Shown one piece after another: positions 1 through 11,245 of a stretch of DNA of 38,435 bases; position 1 is the stretch's first letter; each line of letters opens with the position of its first letter. The DNA is taken from positions 40,440,456 to 40,478,890 of the forward strand of contig NC_068982.1 of assembly GCF_001194135.2 (NCBI RefSeq), given 5' to 3'. Position numbers and translations under genes: made by a program. The stretch comes from Octopus bimaculoides (Eukaryota). The notes below the pieces were generated by a model that had not been told where the DNA came from, ran no database searches, and saw nothing but the letters and a program-made list of their open reading frames with translations.

Positions 1-1677
1 ATATATATATATATATACAGACACATATACGTGCGCGTATATGTATGCATATACGTATATGTTGGGCGATGAGAGCGGAATGAGAGAAAAGTAAGATTCA
101 TGGCAGATAGCAAACTCTTTCAATTCATGAAAACAGTATTGAAATAGCATTTTCAATGGAGACACCATCTCTTGTAACATCTTCAGATTTTAGCATTAAA
201 TTCAGTTTCGTTTTCACATTAGGAAACCTAACTATACACATAGAATTATCGTCAAGTAAATCAATAGACATTATGAGCATGAATATAACACGACCGAATT
301 CTAAGAGCAATTTTTGGTGCTAAGATAGTACTAATAAATAACTGTAATCGAATACTATACCATTAGGATATGGTTCCATAAGGAATTATATCTCACACTT
401 GTCTAAATTACTATTTGTAAATTATGCATAGTTTAGTTACGTTTCCTCTATATTACGGCGTTATATAGAAGTGGAAATTAAGTGAGTAAAAATAGCTAAG
501 GCAAAATCTCATTTGCCTGAAGTTCTATCAGTGTTCTACACTAATTTGTACTTTGATAATATCGGTAAGTGAAACATGTATCTACGTATGTATTCGATAT
601 GAATGTATGTATGGCAATGATTTTATCAGTATGTAGAGCATATGAAGGTGAAAAGAATAATTATAATTAATTTTCGTACACCTCAAATAAGAAAATGGAG
701 TTAGGAAAGTTTGCCAAAAATTGCTGTTGGGAGCTGTGATGAGAACATTTGGGCTGTGGCAGCTCCTTATTGGTTTGTGAAAGCAGAGAAATAAATTATA
801 TTTACTTTTAATTCTTAGCTGAAATCTACGTTAATAAAGGCTTTTATATATCTGGAACATCATTGATCTAAACAGGGAAAGTTCCTCACGCAGATGCCGC
901 ACCTAGTCAATACTATGGAATAGCAAGAGTTTGTAATACATGGTACACGTATCCAGTAAACATGAGTGAGACGAATAGGGCAGCTGTTTGACGCAGGTGA
1001 TTCGGCGTGGCTGACTAGACTTAGAACGTGTTTTAACAACTGTACTTCGTGGCACTGCTGACAAACACACATACGCACGCACATGCATGAACGGAAATAT
1101 ACACATGCAGTTAAAGAGAGTGACAGAGAGAGGGGGAAGAGAAGGAAGAGAGTAAGAAACGGAGAAAGAGAGAGAGAGAAATGCATTCACAATATATTGA
1201 CCGAACACAATTGGCAAACGCGTTGCTGCTCCTCCAAAACGGAAATATCCTGACACATAAACACAGATAGTGGAGGGAGAGAGAGAAAACGAAATTTCTC
1301 CGTCTGGTGTCAAGTAAGTCACCGTTGAATCTGCGACGCCAAATGGGTGAGCCAAAACCGTTGTGCTAGAATGTCTCATATTCTAGCAAACATTCCTCTC
1401 AGAACACAAAGACCCACAACAGACATCACAAGGAAGCTCGTTCGTCATTCTAGCAATTCCATTAGTCTATTTGCTCTGGAATGGTATATAATTTATCGCC
1501 ACCAAAGGATGACACACACTTCATATCGGTTACATATGAACTCAGAGCTCACAGAGCCAAAACAGACGGCCTAAAGCATTTGTATCCAACGCTATAACGA
1601 CCTCACTAATTCGATGCATTTATAGTAAAAATGTAGATGACATTGATATACCAGCAAAATATACTATTATATTGTAT

Positions 1678-1737
<60 letters not shown>

Positions 1738-1815
1738 TATATATACATATGCACGCACACACACATATACATGTATGTATGTATGTATGTATGTACGTGT
1801 GTATGTAAGAATATA

Positions 1816-2374
1816 CAGGGTTATTCAAATGGAATGAACCGATTTTATTACGCAACATTTTAATAAGGAAAAGTAACAGAAAACTCCAGCTAAGTCACAA
1901 GTATTTACTCACAATTAACTTTTATTTCCTGTCTTACAAGTATTCAATGTAGCCACCAACTGTAGCACGGACACCACCAATGCGATATGAGAATTCCTCC
2001 TAAATGCGTATCAGCATGTCTCGATCCACTGAGTTGATCGCTGTTATTCGATGTTTAAGGTCATCGAGGTTAGTGGGTAGCGGTGGAGCATAAATGCGAT
2101 CTTTTACATATGCCCACAAGAAAAAATCCTGAACATCGAATAACAACAGCGATCAAATCAGTGGATCGTGATATGCTTATACGCGCCTGGGAGGAATTCT
2201 CCTATCGCACGGATGTTGCCTGAGCTGCAGGTAGTGGCCACATTGAACACTTGTAAGACAGGAAATAAAAGTTGATTGTGAGTAAATACTTGTGACTTAG
2301 CTGGAGTTTTCTATTGCTTTTCCGTATAAAAATATTGCGTAAAGAAATCGGTTCATTCTTTTTGAATAACTCTG
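1816..2374. mobile_element. Fold-back Tc1/mariner-superfamily derivative made of two inverted transposase 3' ends
   Basis: Flanked by TA at 1814-1815 and 2375-2376. Ends CAGGGTTATTCAAA...TTTGAATAACTCTG. Arms 1816-2056 and 2132-2374 are about 85% identical inverted copies by eye. The minus arm reads FFLWAYVKDRIYAPPLPTNLDDLKHRITAAINSVDRDMLIRI*EEFSYRIGGVRATVGGYIEYL*; the plus arm reads HRITTAIKSVDRDMLIRAWEEFSYRTDVA*AAGSGHIEHL*, a typical transposase C-terminus. Confidence 0.85.
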
Positions 2375-2387
2375 TATATACATATAT

Positions 2388-2553
2388 AAGGGCAGGCGTG
2401 CCTGTGTGATAAGAAGTTTGTATCCCAACCACATAGTTGCGAGCTCAATCCCAATGCGTGGCACGTTGGACAAGTGTCTTCTACTATAGCCTCGGGCCGA
2501 CCAAAGCCTTCTGAGTGGATTTGATGGATGGAAACTGAAAGAAACCCGTCGTG
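2388..2553 (+). mobile_element. SINE family A, 5' (tRNA-like) half
   Basis: Matches the head at 5877-6043 (A/B-box-like head, then caagtgtcttctactatagcctcgggccgaccaaagcc...gaaactgaaaga). Runs into (TA)n and a gap. Confidence 0.8.
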
Positions 2554-3054
2554 TATATATATANNNNNNNNNNNNNNNNNNNNNNNNNNNNNNNNNNNNN
2601 NNNNNNNNNNNNNNNNNNNNNNNNNNNNNNNNNNNNNNNNNNNNNNNNNNNNNNNNNNNNNNNNNNNNNNNNNNNNNNNNNNNNNNNNNNNNNNNNNNNN
2701 NNNNNNNNNNNNNNNNNNNNNNNNNNNNNNNNNNNNNNNNNNNNNNNNNNNNNNNNNNNNNNNNNNNNNNNNNNNNNNNNNNNNNNNNNNNNNNNNNNNN
2801 NNNNNNNNNNNNNNNNNNNNNNNNNNNNNNNNNNNNNNNNNNNNNNNNNNNNNNNNNNNNNNNNNNNNNNNNNNNNNNNNNNNNNNNNNNNNNNNNNNNN
2901 NNNNNNNNNNNNNNNNNNNNNNNNNNNNNNNNNNNNNNNNNNNNNNNNNNNNNNNNNNNNNNNNNNNNNNNNNNNNNNNNNNNNNNNATACGTAGAAAAG
3001 GTTTAATATATTAAATATGTCAGAATATAAACAAGAATATATAGTAACACTTAT

Positions 3055-3305
3055 ATACGTGCGTGCTTGTGTGCCAGTGTGTGTGTGTGCGTGTGCGTGC
3101 GTGCTTGTGTGCGAGTGTGAGGGAGTGCGCGCGTGTGTGTACGTGTGTGTGCTTGTGTGATTGTGTGTGCATGTGTGTGTGTGAGTACTTGCTTGTGTGC
3201 GAGTGTGTATGCGCGTGTGTGTGAGTACGTGTGTCTGTGCTTGTGCGTGCTTGTGTGCGAGTGTGTGTGTGTGTGAGTTTGTGTGTATGTGCGCGTGCGC
3301 GCATG
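3055..3305. repeat. Compound (TG/GC/TGC) microsatellite
   Basis: Directly visible imperfect TG dinucleotide tract. Confidence 0.9.
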
Positions 3306-3644
3306 ACCCTGTTTGTACTTCTAACCTTGGCGTAAAGCAATTTCCGAACTGTTTAGATTTGGAAATTAGTGTTTGAGAGAATATTTTTCAATCCACCAGA
3401 GAGTATGTGGTTTCTTGTTTTACACCAAGGCTAAAAATATTTTCTGATATGAAATTTCTTCAAATTCTGTACGGCGTGATGCGTAATTCTTTCTCCTAGT
3501 CAAACTGCAAAAGTGTTGAGGTTCTGAATGAAGTCTAAACTGGTTGTCAAATGTAACAAATTAAGATATCAGTCTCAATATACAAGGATATAAATATTAC
3601 AGTGTGGGCACATATACAAATAAACATGTATAGATATCTTTTAT

Positions 3645-3850
3645 CCTTTTTTGTACTGGTTTCAGTCATTGAACTGCGACCATGCAAGAGCAAATCCCTG
3701 AAAGATTTAATCAAACAAATCGCCCCCAAGACATTTTAAAGCGTAGTACGGTACTTATTCGGTCAGTCTTTTTCCCCGGACCGTTAAGTAGAGGGATGCA
3801 CACAAACCAACACCAGTTTGTAAGTCATGGTGGACAAATACAAAGGCACA
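3645..3850 (-). mobile_element. Degenerate SINE family A 3' half
   Basis: Similar to 5304-5510 (ttcagtcatt.actgc..ccatgc ... gtacttatt ... cacaccaacacc). Confidence 0.6.
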
Positions 3851-3884
3851 CTCACTGTATATATATATATAGGTGAAAAAAGAT

Positions 3885-4853
3885 TAAAACAGGGGACACA
3901 TGATGAAAGGAATGTTCTTTATGTTGCCTGTCTCGCTTCTCTATTTGTTTCTTTCTTTGTCGAAAAAAGTTCGTTTTTTAAGTTCTCGTTTCTCATTTTG
4001 TTGACGTTTTTTTTTTAAAGTCCTGTACCCATATATGCATGTATATATACATATATATGTAGGCATGTACATATATGTATGTATATATGCATATATTTAT
4101 ATATTATTTATAATATTATATGATCGAACGCCACGCATCCATTTTCAAGTAAGTTTTATCTTTATAATTCTGATGCGCACTCTATCCCTCCCTATTCTTT
4201 CTATGTATCTCCCTCTCTTGTTTTTCTTCCTTTCTGTTTTTCTCTCCCACCCTTTCCCTATTTTTCTCCTCTCCCCTTCATCGTTCCCTCTCTCTCTCAC
4301 TCTTCTTCCTTGACTCTCTCATTGCTTACACGTGACCAACGGCTATCCATCTTTCTTTCTTCCACTTCCTTCCTAAAGACAAACGTGCTTTTGCCTGTCT
4401 CTTCTGAAAGCTCGTTTTTCCAGCGTTCACCGCTTCACATCGTCTTGGCTTAACAGCCCTCACCGTTTGTTTTTACTGTTTTGTTCTTACTGTCCTGTTT
4501 TTGTTACCACTTTAACCCTCCGCAAAAAAAAATCCCAAATTTAATTTAATTTGCTTTGCGGGAAGGACTGTTTTAACAAAGTCACGTCTTATCCCTACCT
4601 TCGAAACGCGGAGTAGATAAAACAGGGGACAACTGATGAAGGGAATGTTCTTTATTTTGTCGGTCACGTTTCTCTATTTCTTTCTTTCGTTGTTCGAAAA
4701 AAAGTTCGTTTTCTATTTTTTTGCTTTTTATGTTCTCGTTTCCCATTTTGTTGACTTTTTTAATATCCTGTACCCATGTACCCATATATGCATGTATATA
4801 TACATATATAAGTAGGCATGTACATATATGTATGTATATATGCATATATTTAT
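3885..4853 (+). mobile_element. Terminally redundant non-coding repeat (about 733-bp period) with hammerhead-like boxes; Penelope-pLTR/retrozyme-like
   Basis: 3885-4098 and 4618-4853 are direct repeats. About 4310-4853 matches the minus strand of 36543-37070. Contains CACGTC-TTATCCC...GAAACGCG...GGGACAA-CTGATGA at 4583-4639. Confidence 0.6.
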
Positions 4854-4881
4854 ATATCATCTATATCATATTATATATATA

Positions 4882-4920
<39 letters not shown>

Positions 4921-5077
4921 NNNNNNNNNNNNNNNNNNNNNNNNNNNNNNNNNNNNNNNNNNNNNNNNNNNNNNNNNNNNNNNNNNNNNNNNNNNNNNNN
5001 NNNNNNNNNNNNNNNNNNNNNNNNNNNNNNNNNNNNNNNNNNNNNNNNNNNNNNNNNNNNNNNNNNNNNNNNNNNNN

Positions 5078-5215
5078 TAGAAATAGCACAGAAGTAAGTG
5101 GACTTGAGCAACGTGAAATAAAGTGTCTTGCTCAAGGACACAGCATTTCGCCGGCAATTTAACGCACGACCTTACGATCGTGAGCCAATTGCCCCAACCA
5201 CTAAGTGACGCGCCT

Positions 5216-5218
<3 letters not shown>
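5078..5218 (-). mobile_element. SINE family B head fragment
   Basis: Reverse complement (gaaggcgcgtcacttagtggtt...gtgtccttgagcaagacactttatttcacgttgct) matches 18292-18400. Confidence 0.75.
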
Positions 5219-5285
<67 letters not shown>

Positions 5286-5303
5286 CATATGTATATATAT
5301 ATA

Positions 5304-5720
5304 CTCTTTTACTCTTTTATTTGTTTCAGTCATTTGACTGCAGCCATGCTGGAGCACCGCCTTTAGTCGAGCAAATCGACCCCAGGACTTATTCTTTGTA
5401 AGCCTAGAACTTATTATATCGGTCTCTTTTGCCGAACCGCTAAGTTACGGGGACATAATCCCACCAGCATCGGTTGTCAAGCAATGCTATGGGGGACAAA
5501 CACAGACGCACAAACACACACACACATATACATATATATACATACATATATATACGACGGGCTTCTTTTCAGTTTCCGTCTACCAAATCCACTCACAAGG
5601 CTTTCGTCGGCCCGAGGCTATAGTAGAAGACACTTGCCCAAGGTGCCACGCAGTGGGACTGAACCCGGAACCATGTGGTTGGTAAGCAAGCTACTTACCA
5701 CACAGCCACTCCTGCGCCTT
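5304..5720 (-). mobile_element. Full-length SINE family A with internal microsatellite
   Basis: Minus strand: tRNA-like head (TGGCTGTGTGGTAA A-box-like, GGTTCAGTCCC B-box-like), body, internal (TA/TG)n at about 5510-5554, 3' body ending in (AAAAGAGT)n. Confidence 0.85.
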
Positions 5721-5876
5721 ATATATATNNNNNNNNNNNNNNNNNNNNNNNNNNNNNNNNNNNNNNNNNNNNNNNNNNNNNNNNNNNNNNNNNNNNNNNN
5801 NNNNNNNNNNNNNNNNNNNNNNNNNNNNNNNNNNNNNNNNNNNNNNNNNNNNNNNNNNNNNNNNNNNNNNNNATAT

Positions 5877-6043
5877 AAGGCGCAGGAGTGGCTGTGTGGT
5901 AAGTAGCTTGCTTACCAACCACATGGTTCCGGGTTCAGTCCCACTGCGTGGCACCTTGGGCAAGTGTCTTCTACTATAGCCTCGGGCCGACGAAAGCCTT
6001 GTGAGTGGATTTGGTAGACGGAAACTGAAAAGAAGCCCGTCGT
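5877..6043 (+). mobile_element. SINE family A head, exact inverted copy of 5555-5720
   Basis: Base-for-base reverse complement across the gap at 5729-5872. Confidence 0.85.
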
Positions 6044-6046
6044 ATA

Positions 6047-6077
<31 letters not shown>

Positions 6078-6078
<1 letters not shown>

Positions 6079-6205
6079 CGACGGGCTTCGTCTGCAAATC
6101 CACGTGCAAGGCTTTGCTCTTGGTCGACTCAGAATTATGGTAGAAAACATTTACTCAAGATGCCATATAGTGAGACTGAACCCAAGGCCACAGGATTGGA
6201 AAGGA
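6078..6205 (-). mobile_element. Degenerate SINE family A head
   Basis: acgacgggcttc...aaatccac...caaggcttt...gactgaaccc similarity to family A. Confidence 0.6.
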
Positions 6206-6649
6206 AGCAATTTTACAAAAGTAATCCTAAAATAAGGATAACTATATCTCGTATAAATATATCTAGTTACATTTTTTCCGAATAAAATGCAGGACGGTCT
6301 CGCATGGAATAGCTTTAATCGTACTTCTCCTGGATCCCAATTAATCTTCAACTAAACCAGCAGTAACTATACGCGCGTGCATATATATATATATCTCCCC
6401 TGTATTCTCCACTCTAACTGTCCATTGTTGACTATAAATTAAACCTTCAGCCGAGTGTAAATTCTGTGTTATTTTACTTCTCTGTCTAAAGAATTTCTTA
6501 TAGGGCATATCTTATGTTTTTCTTTTTATGTTCAACTTTGTATCACTTATTATGAAATGAAACACGTATGATAGGGAATAAATAATGCCAAATATTTTTC
6601 CAATTTTCAGCTTGTATGTATGTATGTATGTATGTATATATGTATGTAT

Positions 6650-6685
<36 letters not shown>

Positions 6686-6722
6686 GACCCTCATTTATCG
6701 TTCACGACGGGAGAAACCCCTG

Positions 6723-6787
<65 letters not shown>

Positions 6788-6789
<2 letters not shown>

Positions 6790-6911
6790 CCACATTATTC
6801 TGGGTTCAGTCCCACTGCGTCGCCCCTTAGGCGGGTGTCTTCTACTATAGACTCTCACCGACCAAAGCCTTGTGCGTGGAATTAGCAACGGACACTGAAG
6901 GAAGCTCGTCA
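6788..6911 (+). mobile_element. SINE family A head fragment
   Basis: gggttcagtcccactgcgt...gtgtcttctactatag...accaaagccttgtg. Confidence 0.7.
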
Positions 6912-6924
6912 TCTATCTATCTAG

Positions 6925-6961
<37 letters not shown>

Positions 6962-7107
6962 CAAGCATGCTTACGTACATTTATACATACATGCACACAG
7001 AATACATGCACATTCCTATATATAAACATGCGCATGCAATACACGCATACACATGCAATCAGAAATGTTTTCGTTATTATGATCTGGTGTGATTTTAATC
7101 TACGAGC

Positions 7108-7271
7108 GACGTCATCAGAACGGAGGTGCATGCACTTTGTGTTTGGCTGTCGGTAGTTATATCGATGCTATTGGCTCTGCTCTGACTGACGCGTTGGTGG
7201 TATCATCATACTTTAGTGACGCCTCTATTATCAAAACTGGTCTTGACGTCATAACCTTTTACTGCTTGACG
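7108..7271. promoter_or_regulatory. Cluster of CRE/ATF-type sites (candidate enhancer)
   Basis: TGACG sites at 7110-7114 (minus, within GACGTCA), 7187-7191, 7217-7221 and 7267-7271, plus a full TGACGTCA palindrome at 7244-7251, in non-repetitive-looking DNA. Confidence 0.35.
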
Positions 7272-8389
7272 TAGTTGTTGACTGGAATTTCTTGCCTCAG
7301 TTGACAAACTAATACTATAAAATAGCATACGTATTGATCTACCAATCAATCAGTGATATTCTATTACAATAACGTTACCATCACAAGCAATATCTGCATG
7401 AAATATTTGGTGGCTAGGCTGTTGACATATGATGATTACGACAAAGATCAATAGTGAACTTCTATATAAATTTACATGTGTGAATGCTCGTACCCATATG
7501 AGTGTATATGCGTGAATGTTCGTACGCATGTGTGTATATGTGGGTGAGTGCGGGTGCAAGGTATAGTTTACGATGTCTATGAAAAATCGTAAGCAATATA
7601 AACCACAGTATATTTAGCTATGTCTGGAATTAAAATGATTCCAGTTCACCAATGACGTAGACTTTCTCTTGATCTTTCCCCCCTCAGGTCCCCTCCTATA
7701 CAGTATATGCAGTGCTCACCCTCATGAAAATTGCAGCATTGCGATTTAGCTTCCGTTTTGGAACAACATTTAACATTTAACCTACTTTAGTTATTAACAT
7801 TCAACAATATTCGGATAGGGTCCACTACATACTGCTACCACAAAGAAAAGCCATCTACACGATTGCCCGATCTCCTAGAAATAGCAGCCAAATCTCAATC
7901 TCGAATCACATCCTATTGATTTGAAAAGGGAGAGACACGTTGGATAAAGTAGTCCTAGATATGCTAGATATGCAATCATCAAGAAGAGAGCGTAGTGGTC
8001 ATGGTTGGAACTTCTTGCATGTGTGAATATGTTGCTGAATGTGATGAATGATTTAATTTGTTTTGTAATGTAGGTAAGAGTAGGTGGTACTATTTTAAGT
8101 GACGTATTCTAGATTATTCTTTTAGCGATGGAGTGGTTGTGAAACTATATCTAACGAATGGCGGAAGGATATGACTAGACTGTAACTCCATCTATGTCAG
8201 AGGTTGTATATACGTTTTGAGGACAGAAGGGAAGGCTGTACCCATATAGATTTAAACGAGTGACTGAAAGTTCTGATACCAATGAAACTTCATTGAGGAA
8301 GTTACAGATTCTAGATTTGTTACTTTTGATATTGTTGTTGTCGCAGCTACTGCTGCTGTTGTTGTTGTTGTTTATTACATAGGCTTGGC

Positions 8390-8590
8390 AACTTGAAATA
8401 TACTTGAAATGTCTGAGGAACAGACAAGGCTAACCGGCAGGAGACTGAAAGATAGACCCCGAGCGAGATAGTTGGGTAATAGCCATAGCTTCGTTTGGGT
8501 GCCCAGAAGGAATATTTAGTGACCAGACCATGTATGAGAGCTCTAACTGCAAAACTCTCACAGGGTTATTAGACGAAGATGGCTGGTTAC
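8390..8590 (+). mobile_element. Possible RTE-like LINE 3' remnant
   Basis: One frame reads TRLTGRRLKDRPRAR*LG, resembling the G(K/R)RxRGRPRxRWxD motif after the RT domain. Very decayed. Confidence 0.3.
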
Positions 8591-8604
8591 CTGGCTGAAT
8601 GAGT

Positions 8605-8613
8605 GCCTGGTTG

Positions 8614-8662
<49 letters not shown>

Positions 8663-8710
8663 ATGGATGGATGGATGGATGGATGGATGGATGGATAGAT
8701 GGATGGCTGA
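8605..8710. repeat. (TGGC)n(TGGA)n compound tetranucleotide microsatellite
   Basis: Directly visible. Confidence 0.95.
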
Positions 8711-8969
8711 CAGATGGTTGTTGTGTTATTCCTAAAAGTATCGCTTACTATTTTGCGTACAAGTGGTTAGCGAACCGGCTGAAGCCGAGAGATTTCTTCG
8801 TGCCTATGAGAGTTAAGACGGTGCATGTCGACTTACTTTTTGTTGCCTTCTAGATTACTTATTATTTTTTGTTACTGGAGCCATCAAATATTTTTCGTTT
8901 AACGTTCGTCAAATGCGTAATCATTAAGGGCAGTGATCTGAATTTAAATTATAATTTATAATAAGAATA

Positions 8970-9826
8970 CGAGCTGGTATCAATAAGTTCCCGGATTATT
9001 TCTGTAGAGTGCCAACAAATGGCAGCACACGGTTTCATTCGCAATGAGAGCTAGCAGTGACCTTCACGAGGTAGTGTGCCGAGTGACATCGCTGTGTTTA
9101 CTCGCAAGTTGTGAAATTTGTGTTTTTGTGATCACGTGTATGCTGTAGTCAGAGATTTTTGCCATGGACAGGAAGTTGGAACAAAGAGTCAAAATGAAAT
9201 TTTGCGTTAAACTTGGGAAGTCTGCTACAGAGACATTGAGCATGCTTCGGCGAGCTTACAGCGACGAGGAAATGGGTCATACGCAATGTTTCGAGTGGCA
9301 CGGGCGCTTCAAACGCGGAAGAACGTTCCTGGAAAATGATGAACGATTTGGAAGACTTGCTACGAGCGTCACCCCCAGAAATGTGGAGAAAAATCGTCAG
9401 CATCGTCGGGGGACAATCAACGGCATTGCTGCTACTTCTGGTCTGTTGCATGGGTCTGTGAAGACAATCCTAACACCGAGCTCTCCTCACTCGTGACTTT
9501 GCCGCCAAAAACAACATGGTATCCCTTCTACACCCGCCCTATTCACCAGATTTAGCACCTGCCGATTCCCATCTCTTCCCCAAGACGAAAATGCACTTCA
9601 AATGTTACTGTTTTAACACTGTTGCCGAGATCAAAAGCGAATCGCAGAAGCTCCTCGGCTCGCTTACGGAAAACGACTTCTAGGCCGGATTCCAGAAGTG
9701 ACAGGATCGCTGGAGCCTATGCATTGCTGCGTGAGGTGACTATTTCGAAGGAGATGATATTAAGACTTAAGGTAAGTTATTTTTTATTAGACATAACTAG
9801 TCCGGAAGCCTTTTGAAACCACCTAG
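8970..9826 (+). mobile_element. Internally deleted mariner element
   Basis: TA-flanked imperfect TIRs (CGAGCTGGTATCAATAAGTTCCCGGA / TCCGGAAGCCTTTTGAAACCACCTAG). Transposase remnants are listed separately. Confidence 0.9.
9164..9765 (+). pseudogene. Mariner transposase pseudogene
   Basis: N-terminus MDRKLEQRVKMKFCVKLGKSATETLSML...FEWHGRFKRGR (mariner HTH). The C-terminal HPPYSPDLAPAD motif is near 9530, followed by stops. The central DDD domain is largely deleted. Confidence 0.9.
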
Positions 9827-10149
9827 TATTCACGTGTTGGTGATATCAACGGTAAACTTTTATTGGATATATTAAAGCGCACCTAGTAGTGATGAATCTT
9901 AGGTTTAAATGCTATAAGCCTTTAAATATATCATAATAATTTTACCTACTTTCTAGATTCTTGGGATTTGGTAATTTTGATATCAATAGAAGATATCGGC
10001 AAATTGGCTAATGCAATATTTTCTTCATATTATTGATATGTTTTTGGTGTGAACTTGTAATTTAGTTATTGCCCTGAGGCTTTTGTGTCTTCTGATTTCG
10101 ACAGTGAATGTACGAATCTATGTTTTATTTTATTCCTGTCCCCTTTTTT

Positions 10150-10276
10150 GCGTTTTGCGTGTGAGCGCGTGCGCATGTGTGTGTGTGTGCGCGCGTATGT
10201 CTGTATGAGTGCATGTGTGAATGTGTGTGTATGTGTGTGTGTGTGTGCGCGTATGTCTGTATGAGTGCATGTGTGA

Positions 10277-10314
<38 letters not shown>

Positions 10315-10469
10315 GTGTCTACGTGTGTGAATGAGTTTGGAAAAGTGTTTGATAGAAACGTTTGTATAAACATACATGCATACGCATATATATATGTCTA
10401 TATATAGAGAGAGAGACAGAGACAGAGACATATAGACAGAGAGACAGACAGAGAGACAGACACACACTC

Positions 10470-10502
<33 letters not shown>

Positions 10503-10526
10503 AGTTTGTGTGTACGTATACGTGTG

Positions 10527-10572
<46 letters not shown>

Positions 10573-10575
10573 TAC
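10150..10575. repeat. Compound TG/GA/GACA/TA microsatellite block
   Basis: Directly visible, with an internal duplicated TG-rich unit. Confidence 0.9.
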
Positions 10576-10811
10576 ATATATGTTCCAGTCAACAGCAATG
10601 GTGAAACCTAGGTAGGAACTAAATATTTATACTAGTGTTCATCTTAATTTTCCACTAAATATGCTCTATATATCATAACTAGTAATACCACTAAGTACTG
10701 TGGGCGACTAACCACTATACTAGAAACCGACTGGATAATGATAATCTACATGGAGCTCTAGCTCATACAATAGAAGTCGTATACCTAACCATACAAACAA
10801 GATATATTTAT

Positions 10812-11245
10812 CTTTTATCGTTTACTTGCTACAGTCATTAGACTGCGTCCATGTTGGGACACCGCCTTGAGGAATTTTTAGTCGAATGAATCGATCTCCG
10901 TACTTATATTTTGTGAAGCCTGGTACTTATTTTATCTGGTACTTTTGTCGGGGACGTAAACACACCAACACTGGTTGTCAAACGGTAGTGGGGGACAAAC
11001 ACAGACACAAAGACACACACACATGTACATACATACATACATACAAACAGACAGACAGACAGACAGACATACACACACAGGCACGCACCCAGACACACGC
11101 ACATACATACACACACAGTAACACACACACACATATATATAATTTACATGGAGTTCAAGCTCATACAATAGTAGTCGTACACCTAACCATACAAACAGTT
11201 TTAGTTTCCGTCTACCAAATCCACTCAAGAGGCTTTGGTCTCCCC
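10812..11245 (-). mobile_element. SINE family A, interrupted and head-truncated
   Basis: Tail 10815-11010, microsatellite, a 53-bp insert, then tttccgtctaccaaatccactca at 11204-11226. Confidence 0.75.

Noticed and set aside
903-1379. 158-aa minus-strand ORF
   Set aside because: It runs through GA/CA repeats, has no recognisable domain and starts at a non-ATG codon.
5640-5720. tRNA-like A/B boxes here and in other SINE heads
   Set aside because: They belong to SINE heads, with no complete cloverleaf, so they were not called tRNA genes.
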